Shown piece by piece: positions 28,322 through 37,994 of a stretch of DNA of 64,000 bases (within the stretch, counting starts at the first letter, position 1; each line of letters starts with the position of its first letter). The notes under the pieces were generated by a model, which saw nothing but the letters and a program-made list of their open reading frames with translations, was not told where the DNA came from and made no database searches. Made by a program: the position numbers and the translations under genes. Source of the stretch: an uncultured Gemmatimonadales bacterium (lineage in GTDB: Bacteria > Gemmatimonadota > Gemmatimonadetes > Gemmatimonadales > GWC2-71-9); the NCBI GenBank assembly GCA_963779755.1, contig CAVZZO010000001.1, positions 1,568,001 through 1,632,000 on the forward strand, read 5' to 3'.

Positions 28322-30004
28322 GTGCCCGATCGGACCGTCTCGCAGCGCCGGCTCATCCTCGATACCGTCCTGCTGGGCGCGGCGGGTGCGGCGGCGGCCC
28401 TGCTCTTCACCTGGCTGGTCCGGCTGGGCAATGACCTGCTGCTGGGCGGCATTGCGGGCTACTATCCCCCCGGCCTTCCGACCGAAGGCGGCGTGGCCAC
28501 CGAGCGGATCGGGCCCTACGGTCTCTGGCTGGTTCCGCTTTCTACCGCTCTGGGTGGCCTGATCGTCGGATTCCTGGCCACCCGTTTCGCACCGGAAACC
28601 GAAGGCCACGGTACCGACACCGCGGTCCGGGCATTCCACCGCGCGGGCGGCCTGCTGCGGGCCCGGGTCGCGCCGCTCAAGATGATCGCCTCCGCCATCA
28701 CCATCGGGTCCGGCGGCTCGGCGGGCCGCGAGGGGCCGGTGGCGCTGGTGGCCGCCTCGATCGGGTCCTGGTACGGCACCATCTCCGGCCGCTCCGAGCG
28801 CGACCGCCGGCTGCTGCTGTTGATCGGCCTCTCGGCCGGACTCGCCGCCATCTTCCGCTCGCCCATCGGCACCGCCTTCTTCGCGGTAGAAGTGCTCTAC
28901 AGCAACATGGAGTTCGAGTCCCGGGCGCTGCTGTACACCATGATCGCCTCGATCGTGGCCTATGCCCTGAACGGCCTCGTGGTCGGCTGGCGGCCGCTGT
29001 TCCTCATCCCCGCCGGCATTTCCCTCAGCGGGCCGCTGGATTACGCCTGGTATGTGGTGCTGGGGGTCGCCGCCGGGATCTTCGCCACCCTGTTGCCGGC
29101 GGTCTTCTATCAGACCCGCGACCTGTTCCGGCGGCTGCCGGTCGCGCCCATGTGGCGGCCGGCCATCGGCGGCCTGGGCGTGGGCATCATCGCTCTGGCG
29201 GTGCCCCAGGTACTGGGCGGCGGCTACGGCTGGATGCAGGATGCGATCGACGGCCGGATCGCGGTCCTCACGCTGGTGGTTCTGCTCTTCGCCAAGCTGA
29301 TCGCCATGAGCCTCACCGTCGGCTCCGGCGGATCCGGCGGCATCTTCGCGCCCAGCCTCTTTCTGGGCGGCATGCTGGGCGGCCTGCTGGCGGCGGCGCT
29401 GCACCAGCCGCCCGCCCCCTTCGTGGTGGTCGGGATGGCCGCCGTCTTTGCCGGCGCGGCTCACATTCCCATGGCCACGCTCATGATGGTGACGGAGATG
29501 ACGGGCGGCTATACCCTGCTGGTGCCCGCCGCGCTGGCGGTGATGTTGAGCTATCTGGTGCAGTCGCGGCTGTCGCAGCGGCTCCGCTACCGCAGCATGT
29601 ACGAGACCCAGGTCTCGGGTCGGGCGGACAGCGCCGCCCACCGGACCGAGCACCTGGGTATCGCCCTGCGCATCCTGCGGGAGGGCAAGCTTGCCTCCGT
29701 CTCGGGCATCGGGCCGCTGGACCTCATGACGCTGCTCAAGTCCGGGATCCCGGTCGAGCTGCCGGACGGGCGCCGGCTCGGCATCGGGGTGCTCCGGCCC
29801 GATAGTACGCTGCTGCAGGATCCCGCAGGCGGCGGTCGTGCCCCACTGGGCGAGGGAGCCGAAATCGTGGCCGTCCTGCGGGGGGCGGGGACCACCCCCG
29901 TGGGTCGGGACCAGAGCCTCCAGCCGGGCGACCGTGTGATCGTGCTGGGCCCCCCCCGGACCCTGGAGCAGCTGATCGGCAAGCACCTGGATCCCTCTCC
30001 GTAG
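28322..30004 (+). CDS. CLC family chloride channel/transporter with C-terminal TrkA-C (RCK_C)-like domain
   Basis: GHGTD, GREGP, GGIFAP, SMY; C-terminal IVAVLRG..LQPGDRVIVLG. Confidence 0.9.
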   Translation: MPDRTVSQRRLILDTVLLGAAGAAAALLFTWLVRLGNDLLLGGIAGYYPPGLPTEGGVATERIGPYGLWLVPLSTALGGLIVGFLATRFAPETEGHGTDTAVRAFHRAGGLLRARVAPLKMIASAITIGSGGSAGREGPVALVAASIGSWYGTISGRSERDRRLLLLIGLSAGLAAIFRSPIGTAFFAVEVLYSNMEFESRALLYTMIASIVAYALNGLVVGWRPLFLIPAGISLSGPLDYAWYVVLGVAAGIFATLLPAVFYQTRDLFRRLPVAPMWRPAIGGLGVGIIALAVPQVLGGGYGWMQDAIDGRIAVLTLVVLLFAKLIAMSLTVGSGGSGGIFAPSLFLGGMLGGLLAAALHQPPAPFVVVGMAAVFAGAAHIPMATLMMVTEMTGGYTLLVPAALAVMLSYLVQSRLSQRLRYRSMYETQVSGRADSAAHRTEHLGIALRILREGKLASVSGIGPLDLMTLLKSGIPVELPDGRRLGIGVLRPDSTLLQDPAGGGRAPLGEGAEIVAVLRGAGTTPVGRDQSLQPGDRVIVLGPPRTLEQLIGKHLDPSP

Positions 30005-30103
30005 ATTCCCCGACGTTACCCTGACAAATCTCTTTGCTACATTGGGTTGCACCGCTTCTGGGATGTCCCCCCATCCCAGGGCCCTCATGCGACTCCTATC
30101 CGC

Positions 30104-32128
30104 GTGACCGACCAACAACAGATCGAGGATCCCCCCCGGCTTCCGGAGGAGCATCGCGAGCTGCTGGTGGAGCTGGCCAACGCTCTCCTCAAGCATGCCA
30201 TGTACCCCGACGGCCACCCCATGCTGCTCTCCGCAGCGGACGGGCTGGTGCAGCGGCTGGCATCGGTGCTGCGCCAGCGCCCGGCGCTGGCGCTGGGGGT
30301 GACGCCGCGGCAGTTGATCGTGGGCGGCGCGGCTACCGACCGGGGCAATACCTTCATGGTCGAATTCGCCGGCAGGCTGCACCGGCGCAACGTGGGCGTC
30401 ATCCGGTTCCAGCAGGGGGTGGAGCGGACCGAACTGGTCGAATTGTTGCGCGTTATTGCGCGCGACGGCAGCGCCGAGACCGGGATCAGCGTCCATCAGT
30501 GGCCGCACGTGCGGCTGCATCCGCTCTCCTATGGGCAGCTGGAACTGCTGGGCAGCACCCCGCTACTGGCCGCGATGTCGTCCGACTCGTGGGCCAGCGG
30601 GTTGTGGCGCGAGCTGAGCCAGGTGGCGCTGGACGATTTCGGCGCGGACGGTTCGCTGGCCGATCCCGAGGCGATCGCGAAGGCTATCGAGGCACGCGAC
30701 TGGGACCCGGCGTACGGCCAGAAGGTCGTCGGCTTCCTGAGCGACGTGGTGGATGCCTGCCGTACGCGCGGCGGCGCCGAGGCGGCCGCGCTGCAGCATC
30801 GGACCTCCCGGCTCATCGCTTCGATGTCCCGGACCACGCTCGAGCGGCTGATGGCGTTGGAAATCGACTCGGCGCAGCGCCAGCGCTTCGTCAACGAGGT
30901 CTCCGAAGCCATGGCGGTGGAAGCGGTGCTCGACCTGGTGCAGGCGGCCGCCGCGGCGTCCAGCCGGACGCTCTCGCCCGCCATGGTGCAGCTCCTCACC
31001 AAGCTGGCCACCCACGCGAGCCGGGGCGAGCCCGGCGTGCGGGAGCACGCCGAGTATGCCTTCCGGGACCAGGTGCGGCAGCTGATCTCGGGCTGGGACC
31101 ACTGGGAAAACCCCGCCCCGGAGCAGTACCAGCACACGCTCGACCATGTGCCGGCGACCCTCCCGGTGGCGGTGCCGCGGTCGGCCCAGCCGGTGGAACC
31201 GGAGCGGGTGCTTGCGATCAGCCTGGAAGTGGGGGTGGTCGGGCCCGCCTCCGAACGCGCGGTGGAGGAGTTGCTGGCCGGCGGCCGCGTTACCGCCCTG
31301 CTGGACCTGCTGGATCACAACGCCGACTCCCCCGCGGCGGCCAGCATCAGGGAGCGGGTTCTCACCCCGGAAGCGCTGGAACGGCTGCTGGCGGTTGAGC
31401 GGCCGGACTGGCCGGCAGTGGAGCGTCTGACCGACGCGCTGGGCGGCCGCGCGGTGCCGCCGCTGGTCGATCTGGTGACGCTGGCACAGGATGCCGCGGT
31501 GCTCGACCATCTGGTGCGGCTGGTGCTCCCCCTGGGAGAGCCGGCGGTTCGGGTGGTGCTGGAGCGGCTGCCCGAGGCGCCCTGGCCGGAGCAGCGCAAC
31601 CTGCTGGTGCTGCTGGCACGCTTCCCCACGCTGCCGAGCGATTTCGCGCCGGCGGCCTTTACCCGGCACGAGGATCTCGAGATCCGCTACGAAGCCCTGC
31701 GCATCCTGCTGGGCTCGCCCGCGGTGCGCACCCGTGCCATCTGCGATGCCCTGGCCACGGGCGAAGGCCGCAGTGTGCGGGCCGGGGTCGTCGCCGCCGC
31801 CGAGCAGTGTCCAGCCGCCGCGGTGCCGGTGATTGTCCGGCTGCTGCGCAGGCACGACATGGAAGAGGGTCTCCGGCCGGTGGCGGTCCGGGCTATCGCG
31901 GCGGTGCCGGTCCGGGCCACCATCGACTGTCTCACCGGCCTCTGCCTCACGCGCACTCGCGTCCTGCGCCGGCTCCGGCTGGCGCCCCGCAGCCCGGCGA
32001 TGCTCGCCGCCCTGCGGGGTCTTGCCGCCCACTGGCGCGAGGATCCCCGCGCCAGGCCGGTCTTCCGCCTGGCGCAGGACTCGCCCGACGCCGAGGTGCG
32101 GGCGGCGGCGATGGAGCGCGCCGGATGA
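30104..32128 (+). CDS. HEAT-repeat helical protein
   Basis: N-terminal MYPDGHP domain; HEAT-like repeats (W..QRNLLVLL, H.D.EIRYEAL, D.DAEVRAAA); start uncertain. Confidence 0.75.
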   Translation: MTDQQQIEDPPRLPEEHRELLVELANALLKHAMYPDGHPMLLSAADGLVQRLASVLRQRPALALGVTPRQLIVGGAATDRGNTFMVEFAGRLHRRNVGVIRFQQGVERTELVELLRVIARDGSAETGISVHQWPHVRLHPLSYGQLELLGSTPLLAAMSSDSWASGLWRELSQVALDDFGADGSLADPEAIAKAIEARDWDPAYGQKVVGFLSDVVDACRTRGGAEAAALQHRTSRLIASMSRTTLERLMALEIDSAQRQRFVNEVSEAMAVEAVLDLVQAAAAASSRTLSPAMVQLLTKLATHASRGEPGVREHAEYAFRDQVRQLISGWDHWENPAPEQYQHTLDHVPATLPVAVPRSAQPVEPERVLAISLEVGVVGPASERAVEELLAGGRVTALLDLLDHNADSPAAASIRERVLTPEALERLLAVERPDWPAVERLTDALGGRAVPPLVDLVTLAQDAAVLDHLVRLVLPLGEPAVRVVLERLPEAPWPEQRNLLVLLARFPTLPSDFAPAAFTRHEDLEIRYEALRILLGSPAVRTRAICDALATGEGRSVRAGVVAAAEQCPAAAVPVIVRLLRRHDMEEGLRPVAVRAIAAVPVRATIDCLTGLCLTRTRVLRRLRLAPRSPAMLAALRGLAAHWREDPRARPVFRLAQDSPDAEVRAAAMERAG

Positions 32129-33273
32129 GCGGGCCGGCCATCACCTTTCTTACCGGGTTCGCCCAGTCGCTGGCGACCATGAAGCTCTACAGCCCGGGCC
32201 ACCCTGCGCGCGGGCGGGCGGTGGACGGCTCCTTCCACCAGCTGCAGGCGCTGCTGGAGACCGAGCCGCGGCCGACCTTCTCCTTTCTGGATGAGCGCGT
32301 GATCTACCGGGAGCACCCGCTGCACGAGATGCAGCGCTGGCCCTGGTCATGCCGGCTGGCGGCCGCAGGCATCCAGCGCATGGAGTTCGACCGCTCGCTG
32401 AGCCGTGACGACTACGCCGGTTTTCTGGACGAAGTCCTGCTCCGTCTCACCAGCGGGGATGTCGAGCCGGGCCGCGCGCCGGGCGAGCGGCTCAGCGTCC
32501 GCTTCGGCCAGGTGGGAGTCCGGGAAGGCGATGAGGTCGTCGAAGGGGAGGGAATACCGGATGTCCGGCTGAAGTACACGCTGGACGAGGAGCGGCAGGT
32601 GATGCAGTACCTGCGGGAGCGGGCCCAGCAGGACGGGACCCTTTCCAGCGGCGAAGTGGAGACGGTGGTGCGTTCCCTGGCGGTGGCGATGCACGGCGAC
32701 GGGCAGCTGATGGCGCCGCTCTGCGCGCTGCGGGAGCACGACGACTACGCGACCATCCACGCCCTCAATACCGCCGTGCTGGCCATGACCTTCGGCGAGA
32801 GCATGGGGCTCTCGGACGTGCGGGTGCACGAGCTGGGGAGCGCTGCCCTGCTGCATGATATCGGGATGACGCGCATGCCGGCCGAGGTCATGGGTTCCAA
32901 CTCCCTGACGTCGGAGCAGCGCGCCCGGGTGGAGGAGCACGCTCTCCTGGGGGCGCGCATGATCCTGCAAAACGGTGAGCTGCCGGCGCTGGCCGCCGTG
33001 GTGGCCTATGAGCACCACATGCGGCCCGACGGGACCGGCTACCCGCGCCTGGCCCAGGCCCGCGCCTGTCATCAGGCGAGCCAGGTGGTGGCGGTCTGCA
33101 GCACCTACGACGCCCTCCGCATGGCGCGCCCCTACCGGCCGGCCTGGCAGATGCCGAAGATCCTGGAGTATATCTACGAAGGCGCCGGCACCGTCTTCGA
33201 CCGCGAAGCCGCCTGGGACTTCGTGGCCATGATGCAGCGGCTGGAGGGGAGGGTGGTGTCGCTGGAGACGTGA
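32125..33273 (+). CDS. HD-GYP domain protein (c-di-GMP phosphodiesterase-like, partly degenerate)
   Basis: ATGA overlap; LLHDIG, HH.RPDGTGYP, YDAL...RPYR; N-terminal LYSPGHP. Confidence 0.87.
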   Translation: MSGPAITFLTGFAQSLATMKLYSPGHPARGRAVDGSFHQLQALLETEPRPTFSFLDERVIYREHPLHEMQRWPWSCRLAAAGIQRMEFDRSLSRDDYAGFLDEVLLRLTSGDVEPGRAPGERLSVRFGQVGVREGDEVVEGEGIPDVRLKYTLDEERQVMQYLRERAQQDGTLSSGEVETVVRSLAVAMHGDGQLMAPLCALREHDDYATIHALNTAVLAMTFGESMGLSDVRVHELGSAALLHDIGMTRMPAEVMGSNSLTSEQRARVEEHALLGARMILQNGELPALAAVVAYEHHMRPDGTGYPRLAQARACHQASQVVAVCSTYDALRMARPYRPAWQMPKILEYIYEGAGTVFDREAAWDFVAMMQRLEGRVVSLET

Positions 33274-33344
33274 GACGTGAGAAGTAAGAAGTAAGAAACG
33301 AGGCGGCGGGCACGGCGGCTTACCTCTCACTTCTCACTTCTCAC
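33270..33344. repeat. Inverted heptamer repeat hairpin between convergent genes
   Basis: GTGAGAC/GTGAGAA/GTAAGAA units facing (TCTCACT)n. Confidence 0.7.
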
Positions 33345-33351
33345 ACCCGGC

Positions 33352-34572
33352 TCAGCACCCGATCCTCACCGTACTTACCACAAAGTTGTCCATCCACCGG
33401 TCCTGTGCCACGGGCGAGCCGGCGTTCCAGTAGTTCTCCAGGAAGACCGCGTTGATGCCGTAGGCATTGAACGACCCTACCCAGTTCAGGGTGCTGCCGC
33501 CGCCCTGGCGGACGCCGTCGACCCAGAACTCGAAGATTCCGTTGCTCCGGCCCGCATCGTTGAGCCGGACGTGGGCCTCCACGCAGTGCCAGGCACCCAC
33601 GTGCGCGGCGTCGTAGAGCGGAGTGGTCCCCCGCATGGCGCCGAGCCAGCGCAGGTTGGGGAAGTCATTATAGGCGGTGGTCCTGAGGTTCCCCTGCGGA
33701 TCGGTGCCGGAAGCCGGATCCATGACCAGGTAGTACTTGCCGCTGTTGCGCCCGCTCCAGAGATGCGCCATCATCGCCTCCGCCCAGCTGGAGGACGAGG
33801 CAAAGATGATGGCCCGGGTGAGCTTGTCGCCGCCGCCCCCGGTCCAGCCTGCCTGGTTGCGGAGATAGAGCCGCCAGTAGATCTCGCGATAGTTCTGCGT
33901 GCCCCCGTCCACCGGGTGGAACGCCGCCTGCGGCGTGCGGCCGAAGGCCAGGTGCAGCGCGCCGGCCGAGACCTGCCCGACGGCGAAGTGGGCCCGCATG
34001 GCCCAGGAGCCGCCATTGCCGCTCCCGGCCTCGCGTACGAAGCTGTTGTTGTTGGGCACGTACTCGAAATAGCTGTTCAGCCGGTCCTGGTCGAAATCGT
34101 CGCACCAGATCCAGCCCGCCCGGGGCGCCGCGCACTCGTTGGCCAGGCCGGAAGGCGGGGGCGGGGGTGGCGGCGAGGCCGTATCGGCGATCACCACCCG
34201 GGCGGTGTCGGCCAGCCCGCTGCCGGGATCGGTGGCGATCACCAGCCAGCTGCCCGGCGTGCTGCCGGCCGCATACCGCCCCGTGCCGTCGATCGACCCG
34301 CCGCTGGCCGACCAGTTCGCCGCCACGAAGGTGCTCTCGCCCGGCTGGCCCTCGAACCGGAAGGCGCTGAAGCGAGCACTGTCTCCCGGATCGAGGCTGA
34401 CGGCGCCGGGCGCGACGGCGAGGGAGGGCGATCCGGCGCCCGGGACGGAGGGCGCGCCGGCGTCGCCGGCGGCACAGGCGGCGGCGAGGAGGCAGGCGGC
34501 TAGCACGGGCAGCGATCCGGCAAGACGGAGTGGCGGGTCTGTCCGCCACGCAGAATAGGGCACTGGCGACAT
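33352..34572 (-). CDS. Lipoprotein with Ig-like domain, Pro linker and polysaccharide-lyase/ConA-like beta-sandwich
   Basis: Lipobox AAAC; WSASGGSID..G.Y.A; WIWCDDFD, W.CVEAHVRLN..G..EFWVDG, DNFVVST; start uncertain. Confidence 0.65.
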   Translation of the reverse strand: MSPVPYSAWRTDPPLRLAGSLPVLAACLLAAACAAGDAGAPSVPGAGSPSLAVAPGAVSLDPGDSARFSAFRFEGQPGESTFVAANWSASGGSIDGTGRYAAGSTPGSWLVIATDPGSGLADTARVVIADTASPPPPPPPSGLANECAAPRAGWIWCDDFDQDRLNSYFEYVPNNNSFVREAGSGNGGSWAMRAHFAVGQVSAGALHLAFGRTPQAAFHPVDGGTQNYREIYWRLYLRNQAGWTGGGGDKLTRAIIFASSSSWAEAMMAHLWSGRNSGKYYLVMDPASGTDPQGNLRTTAYNDFPNLRWLGAMRGTTPLYDAAHVGAWHCVEAHVRLNDAGRSNGIFEFWVDGVRQGGGSTLNWVGSFNAYGINAVFLENYWNAGSPVAQDRWMDNFVVSTVRIGC

Positions 34573-34653
34573 CCGGTGGGAGGAACGCCCAAACACTGGG
34601 CCGGATGTACACCAGGTGCAATTGACATATTCCAGACAGTGTCAAAAATGTTA

Positions 34654-34691
34654 GGGGACCAGGGACCAGGGACCAGGGACCAGGGACGAGG
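34654..34691. repeat. Heptamer tandem repeat
   Basis: GGGACCA x4 plus one degenerate unit. Confidence 0.75.
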
Positions 34692-34707
34692 AAGCCGCGA
34701 CCAGCGA

Positions 34708-35553
34708 CTATTTGAAGATCCCGAATAGCTCTCCCAGCGCCGCCCCTTCCTCTGCGATCGGCAGCTTGAACAGCTTGGCCGCATTCTGGTACATGATCTT
34801 GCGCTTTTCGTGGTCGGGCAGTTTCAGGTCTTCCATGAAGCGCAGGTAGCCTTCCATCGACGAAATGGGCCAGTCGGTGCCGAATAACACGTTCTCCGGT
34901 TCCACGCCGTAGATCAGCATCTCCTGAAGTTGCTGGCGCATGTAGCGCTCGAAGCGGTCGGAGAAGTTGCCCAGTGTGAGGCCCGAGATATCAGTGTACA
35001 CGTTGGCGTTCTTGTACACCACCTCCATGCAGTCGCGGATCCAGGGATTGCCGATGTGGCAGATGACGAAGTTGACCCGGGGGAAATCGACCGCCACCTC
35101 GTCCACGTTCAGCGGGTGGGCGAATTTGACCTTGCCGCTCGGCGCATACGTATCGCCGGTGTGGATCATGACGGGCACGTCGAACTCTTCGGCCAGCCGG
35201 TAGACCGGTGCCAGCTTCGGGTCCGCAGGGTAGAACGGCTGGTAGCCGGGATAGAGCTTGAGCCCCCGGACCGAGCCCTCCTCCAGGTACTGCCGTAGCT
35301 CGTTCAGCGACTCGGGAGTGAACCCGTCGTAGCTGATGCCGGCCACGACGTAAATATTCTTGAGGCCGCGAGTGGCTTCGATCACCTGGTGGGTGGAGGG
35401 GCGCCCCGGGCTCACCTTGTAGGAGGTGAGCACCAGGGCGATGTCCACCCGGTTCCGCCGCAGCTCGTGCTGCAGCTTCCGGAGGCTCTCGTCCAGCGCG
35501 CTGACGGTCTCGTCGTGGTAGTTGTTGAGGTGCGTGTGGCAGTCGATGATCAT
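34708..35553 (-). CDS. Amidohydrolase_2 family metal-dependent hydrolase
   Basis: IIDCHTH, GLKLYPGY, PVMIHTG, ICHIGNPW, LFGTDWP. Confidence 0.9.
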   Translation of the reverse strand: MIIDCHTHLNNYHDETVSALDESLRKLQHELRRNRVDIALVLTSYKVSPGRPSTHQVIEATRGLKNIYVVAGISYDGFTPESLNELRQYLEEGSVRGLKLYPGYQPFYPADPKLAPVYRLAEEFDVPVMIHTGDTYAPSGKVKFAHPLNVDEVAVDFPRVNFVICHIGNPWIRDCMEVVYKNANVYTDISGLTLGNFSDRFERYMRQQLQEMLIYGVEPENVLFGTDWPISSMEGYLRFMEDLKLPDHEKRKIMYQNAAKLFKLPIAEEGAALGELFGIFK

Positions 35554-35571
35554 CGCAGTGAGTGCCGGGTT

Positions 35572-35722
35572 AACCGCAAAGACGCGAAGGACGCCAGGGG
35601 ACGCGAAGGAGCCGTCCTCAATGGCCTCCATGGGGCTGGAGTTGCCGCATTCGCGATTCCATGCCCTGTTACCAAAGAATACTCCTTCGCGGTTCCTCGC
35701 GCTCCCTCGCGTCTTCGCGGTT
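35572..35722. repeat. MITE/REP-like element with 9-bp-periodic terminal inverted repeats
   Basis: AACCGCAAAGACGCGAAGGACGCC.. facing ..CTCGCGTCTTCGCGGTT around a unique core. Confidence 0.7.
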
Positions 35723-35725
35723 GAA

Positions 35726-36397
35726 TCAGCCCCGGGTGGAGCGGGACGTCCGCTCCAGGATCCGCGCCGCCCAGTCGCGGCCGCCCAGCCCGAAGGCCAG
35801 CGCCAGCGCCAGGCAGAAGCCGCCGAAGGCGATCTGAAAGGCCGAGACCAGTACCTGGCCGCCCACCTGCAGCTGCTCCAGCGCCAGCGAGACCACGAAT
35901 ACCAGCACCGCGTACTGCGCGATGATGCTGATGAGCAAGGCGCCTTCGATGCCTACGTTGCTCAGGTAGGTGAAAGTCACTCCCCGGATCAGCCGGGCGA
36001 AGAGCGTCCCGAACATGAGCACCAGGATGGCGACGAAGACGCGCGGCAGGTAGAGCACGATCTGGTTCAGCAGGTCGGCCGCGGCGCCCAGCCCCAGCGC
36101 GTTGAGTAGCGCCAGGACCACCGCAAAGAGCACCAGCCAGTAGAGCAGGTTGGCCAGAATGGTGATGGTGGTGGAGCGGACCCCGCCCTGGATCAGGAAG
36201 TCCTCGATACCGCTTCGCTCGGCCAGGGCCTCGAGCCGGATCAGACGGAAGAAACGAATGGCCAGACGCCGCAGCAGTCGCGCCGCGAGCCAGCCCAGGA
36301 GGAGCAGCACCACCGCGACCGCGATACGCGGCAGCACCTGCCCCAGCTCGATCCAGAACTGCCGGAACGCGTCCAGCATGGTGGTCGCCTGATCCAT
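35726..36397 (-). CDS. TM_helix-repeat (CmpX / MscS N-terminal-like) membrane protein
   Basis: LPRI..A..LL..GW..AR, YLPRVFVA, ALEQL, ALAFGLGGRD. Confidence 0.82.
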   Translation of the reverse strand: MDQATTMLDAFRQFWIELGQVLPRIAVAVVLLLLGWLAARLLRRLAIRFFRLIRLEALAERSGIEDFLIQGGVRSTTITILANLLYWLVLFAVVLALLNALGLGAAADLLNQIVLYLPRVFVAILVLMFGTLFARLIRGVTFTYLSNVGIEGALLISIIAQYAVLVFVVSLALEQLQVGGQVLVSAFQIAFGGFCLALALAFGLGGRDWAARILERTSRSTRG

Positions 36398-36543
36398 GAG
36401 TGCGCCCTCCCGTGGGAGTCAGGGGAATCGGGGTCGTTGCGATGCAGGAGAATAATGTCCCGGGAGATCGGGCGGGAATGGAAACTGCCGCCACGGAGGC
36501 GGCAGTTGTCTGCTGGCAGGCCGGCCTTTGGGGCAGGGTCGGG

Positions 36544-36837
36544 CTAGCCGGGGGAGGACCTCTTCCACTGCTCGGCGATCCGGAGCGCCTCGTCCATAGG
36601 CTCGCAGGGGCCGTCCATGAGCCGGCGGCAGCGTTTACTCAGGCTGGCGAGCCGTTCCAGCACATCGGCCGGGTCGCAGTGGTCGCCGCCATCGGTCAGG
36701 GTGCGATGCAGCGCCCGCAGGTCGCGCCGGAAGTGCGCCGCATCGGAGTTGCCGTCCTGCCGCAGGCGGCTCCGGAGTTGGGGATCGCTGTCGATGTCGT
36801 CCAGCAGCAGGGCCACGAGGGCCGCGCTGGTTCCCAT
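36544..36837 (-). CDS. Hypothetical helical protein, homolog of 18980..19294
   Basis: GAGGAGG RBS; 97 aa; motifs shared with the 19-kb ORF. Confidence 0.7.
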   Translation of the reverse strand: MGTSAALVALLLDDIDSDPQLRSRLRQDGNSDAAHFRRDLRALHRTLTDGGDHCDPADVLERLASLSKRCRRLMDGPCEPMDEALRIAEQWKRSSPG

Positions 36838-36930
36838 GCCCCCCTCCTCGAACGAGCACACCCCCACCCCCTGACCCGGTACAGGGTTAACAAGGGGTGC
36901 AAAAATATCCGCGATCTTTTTGTCTCGCGA

Positions 36931-36971
36931 GTCAGGGTATCCGCCTACAGGAACGTCGGCGCTCGCCTACA
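36931..36971. promoter_or_regulatory. Candidate NarL/LuxR-type binding boxes
   Basis: CGCCTACA repeated 22 bp apart; imperfect palindromes GTCGG-N6-CCTAC and GTCAGG..CCTAC. Confidence 0.35.
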
Positions 36972-36996
36972 AGCAGCGACGAGCCCGGCCGACAAC

Positions 36997-37692
36997 CTAG
37001 GCTTGGAGCCAGCCTTGGAGCAGCGCGTAGCGGACGATGTCGGCCCGGCTGCGGAAGCCCAGCTTGTCCATGGAGCGGGCCTTGTAGGTCTCGACCGTCT
37101 TGACGCTGATGGCGAGCCGGGTGGCGATTTCCTTATTGGTATAGCCCTCGCTGATCAGCCGGACCACCTCGGTTTCCCGGTCGCTCAGGGTGGTATCCCG
37201 GGCCGCTGCCGGCTCCCGGATCACACCGTCGCCGTCGGTCCGGGCAAAGGCGCGGTCAATGTAGGTCTCGCCCGAGGCGACCGAGCGGATGGCGCGGATC
37301 AGCTCTTCGGGGGCCGAACGCTTGAGCACGTAGCCCGCGGCTCCGGCGGAGAGCATCTGCCTGAGGTAGCTGCGCTGTTCGTGGACCGTGAGCGCCAGGA
37401 TGCGTGCGTCGGGGCAGCGCTCCCGGATCTGGCCGGTGGCCTGCAGTCCGCTGGCGCCCTCCAGCGAGATGTCCATGATGACGATGTCGGGCTGAATGGC
37501 GGCCGCCTGCTCGACGGCGTCGGGACCGTTGGCCGCCTCGGCCACGACGGCCATGTCGTTTTCTTCGGCGATCAGCGCCTTGACGCCATGGCGCACCACG
37601 GGATGGTCTTCGGCCAGCAGGATACGGAGCGTTCGGGCTTCGGCGGCCCCTGCAGCAGGGGTACTGGGGTGCAACGCGCTTTGGATGGTCAT
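36997..37692 (-). CDS. NarL/LuxR family response regulator (no adjacent kinase)
   Basis: ILLAEDH, MDISL (phospho-Asp), GYVLK, LSDRETEV..G.TNKEIA..L.ISVKTVETY. Confidence 0.92.
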   Translation of the reverse strand: MTIQSALHPSTPAAGAAEARTLRILLAEDHPVVRHGVKALIAEENDMAVVAEAANGPDAVEQAAAIQPDIVIMDISLEGASGLQATGQIRERCPDARILALTVHEQRSYLRQMLSAGAAGYVLKRSAPEELIRAIRSVASGETYIDRAFARTDGDGVIREPAAARDTTLSDRETEVVRLISEGYTNKEIATRLAISVKTVETYKARSMDKLGFRSRADIVRYALLQGWLQA

Positions 37693-37994
37693 TGGGGGCA
37701 TCCGTTCCCGCAAAGAGAGCCGCGACCGCGAGGCACCCGGGCGGGTGTCCGTTCGCTGCGGCAAACAGGGCCAGGACTCCGGGCCGGTTCCCGAAGAGGG
37801 AAGGAGGGAGTGAGCCTTGCTTTTCGGAAGAGACGCCTGCGCCAGCCGGGCCGCTCGGCGTGTTTCCAACTGCATCTCGATGTTAAGGCCGGTGTAAGGA
37901 AATGTCGAGTGGCCGCCGTCCCTGCGGGCGCCGTTCCGGCGGAACCGGGCGCCGCCCCCCGGGCGCATCTTGTTGAAGCCGCTTATTATAGGAT

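Noticed and set aside
34622..34645. TTGACA-N12-TGTCAA inverted repeat as operator or promoter
   Set aside because: Arms are only 6 bp, with no suitably spaced -10 and no second instance
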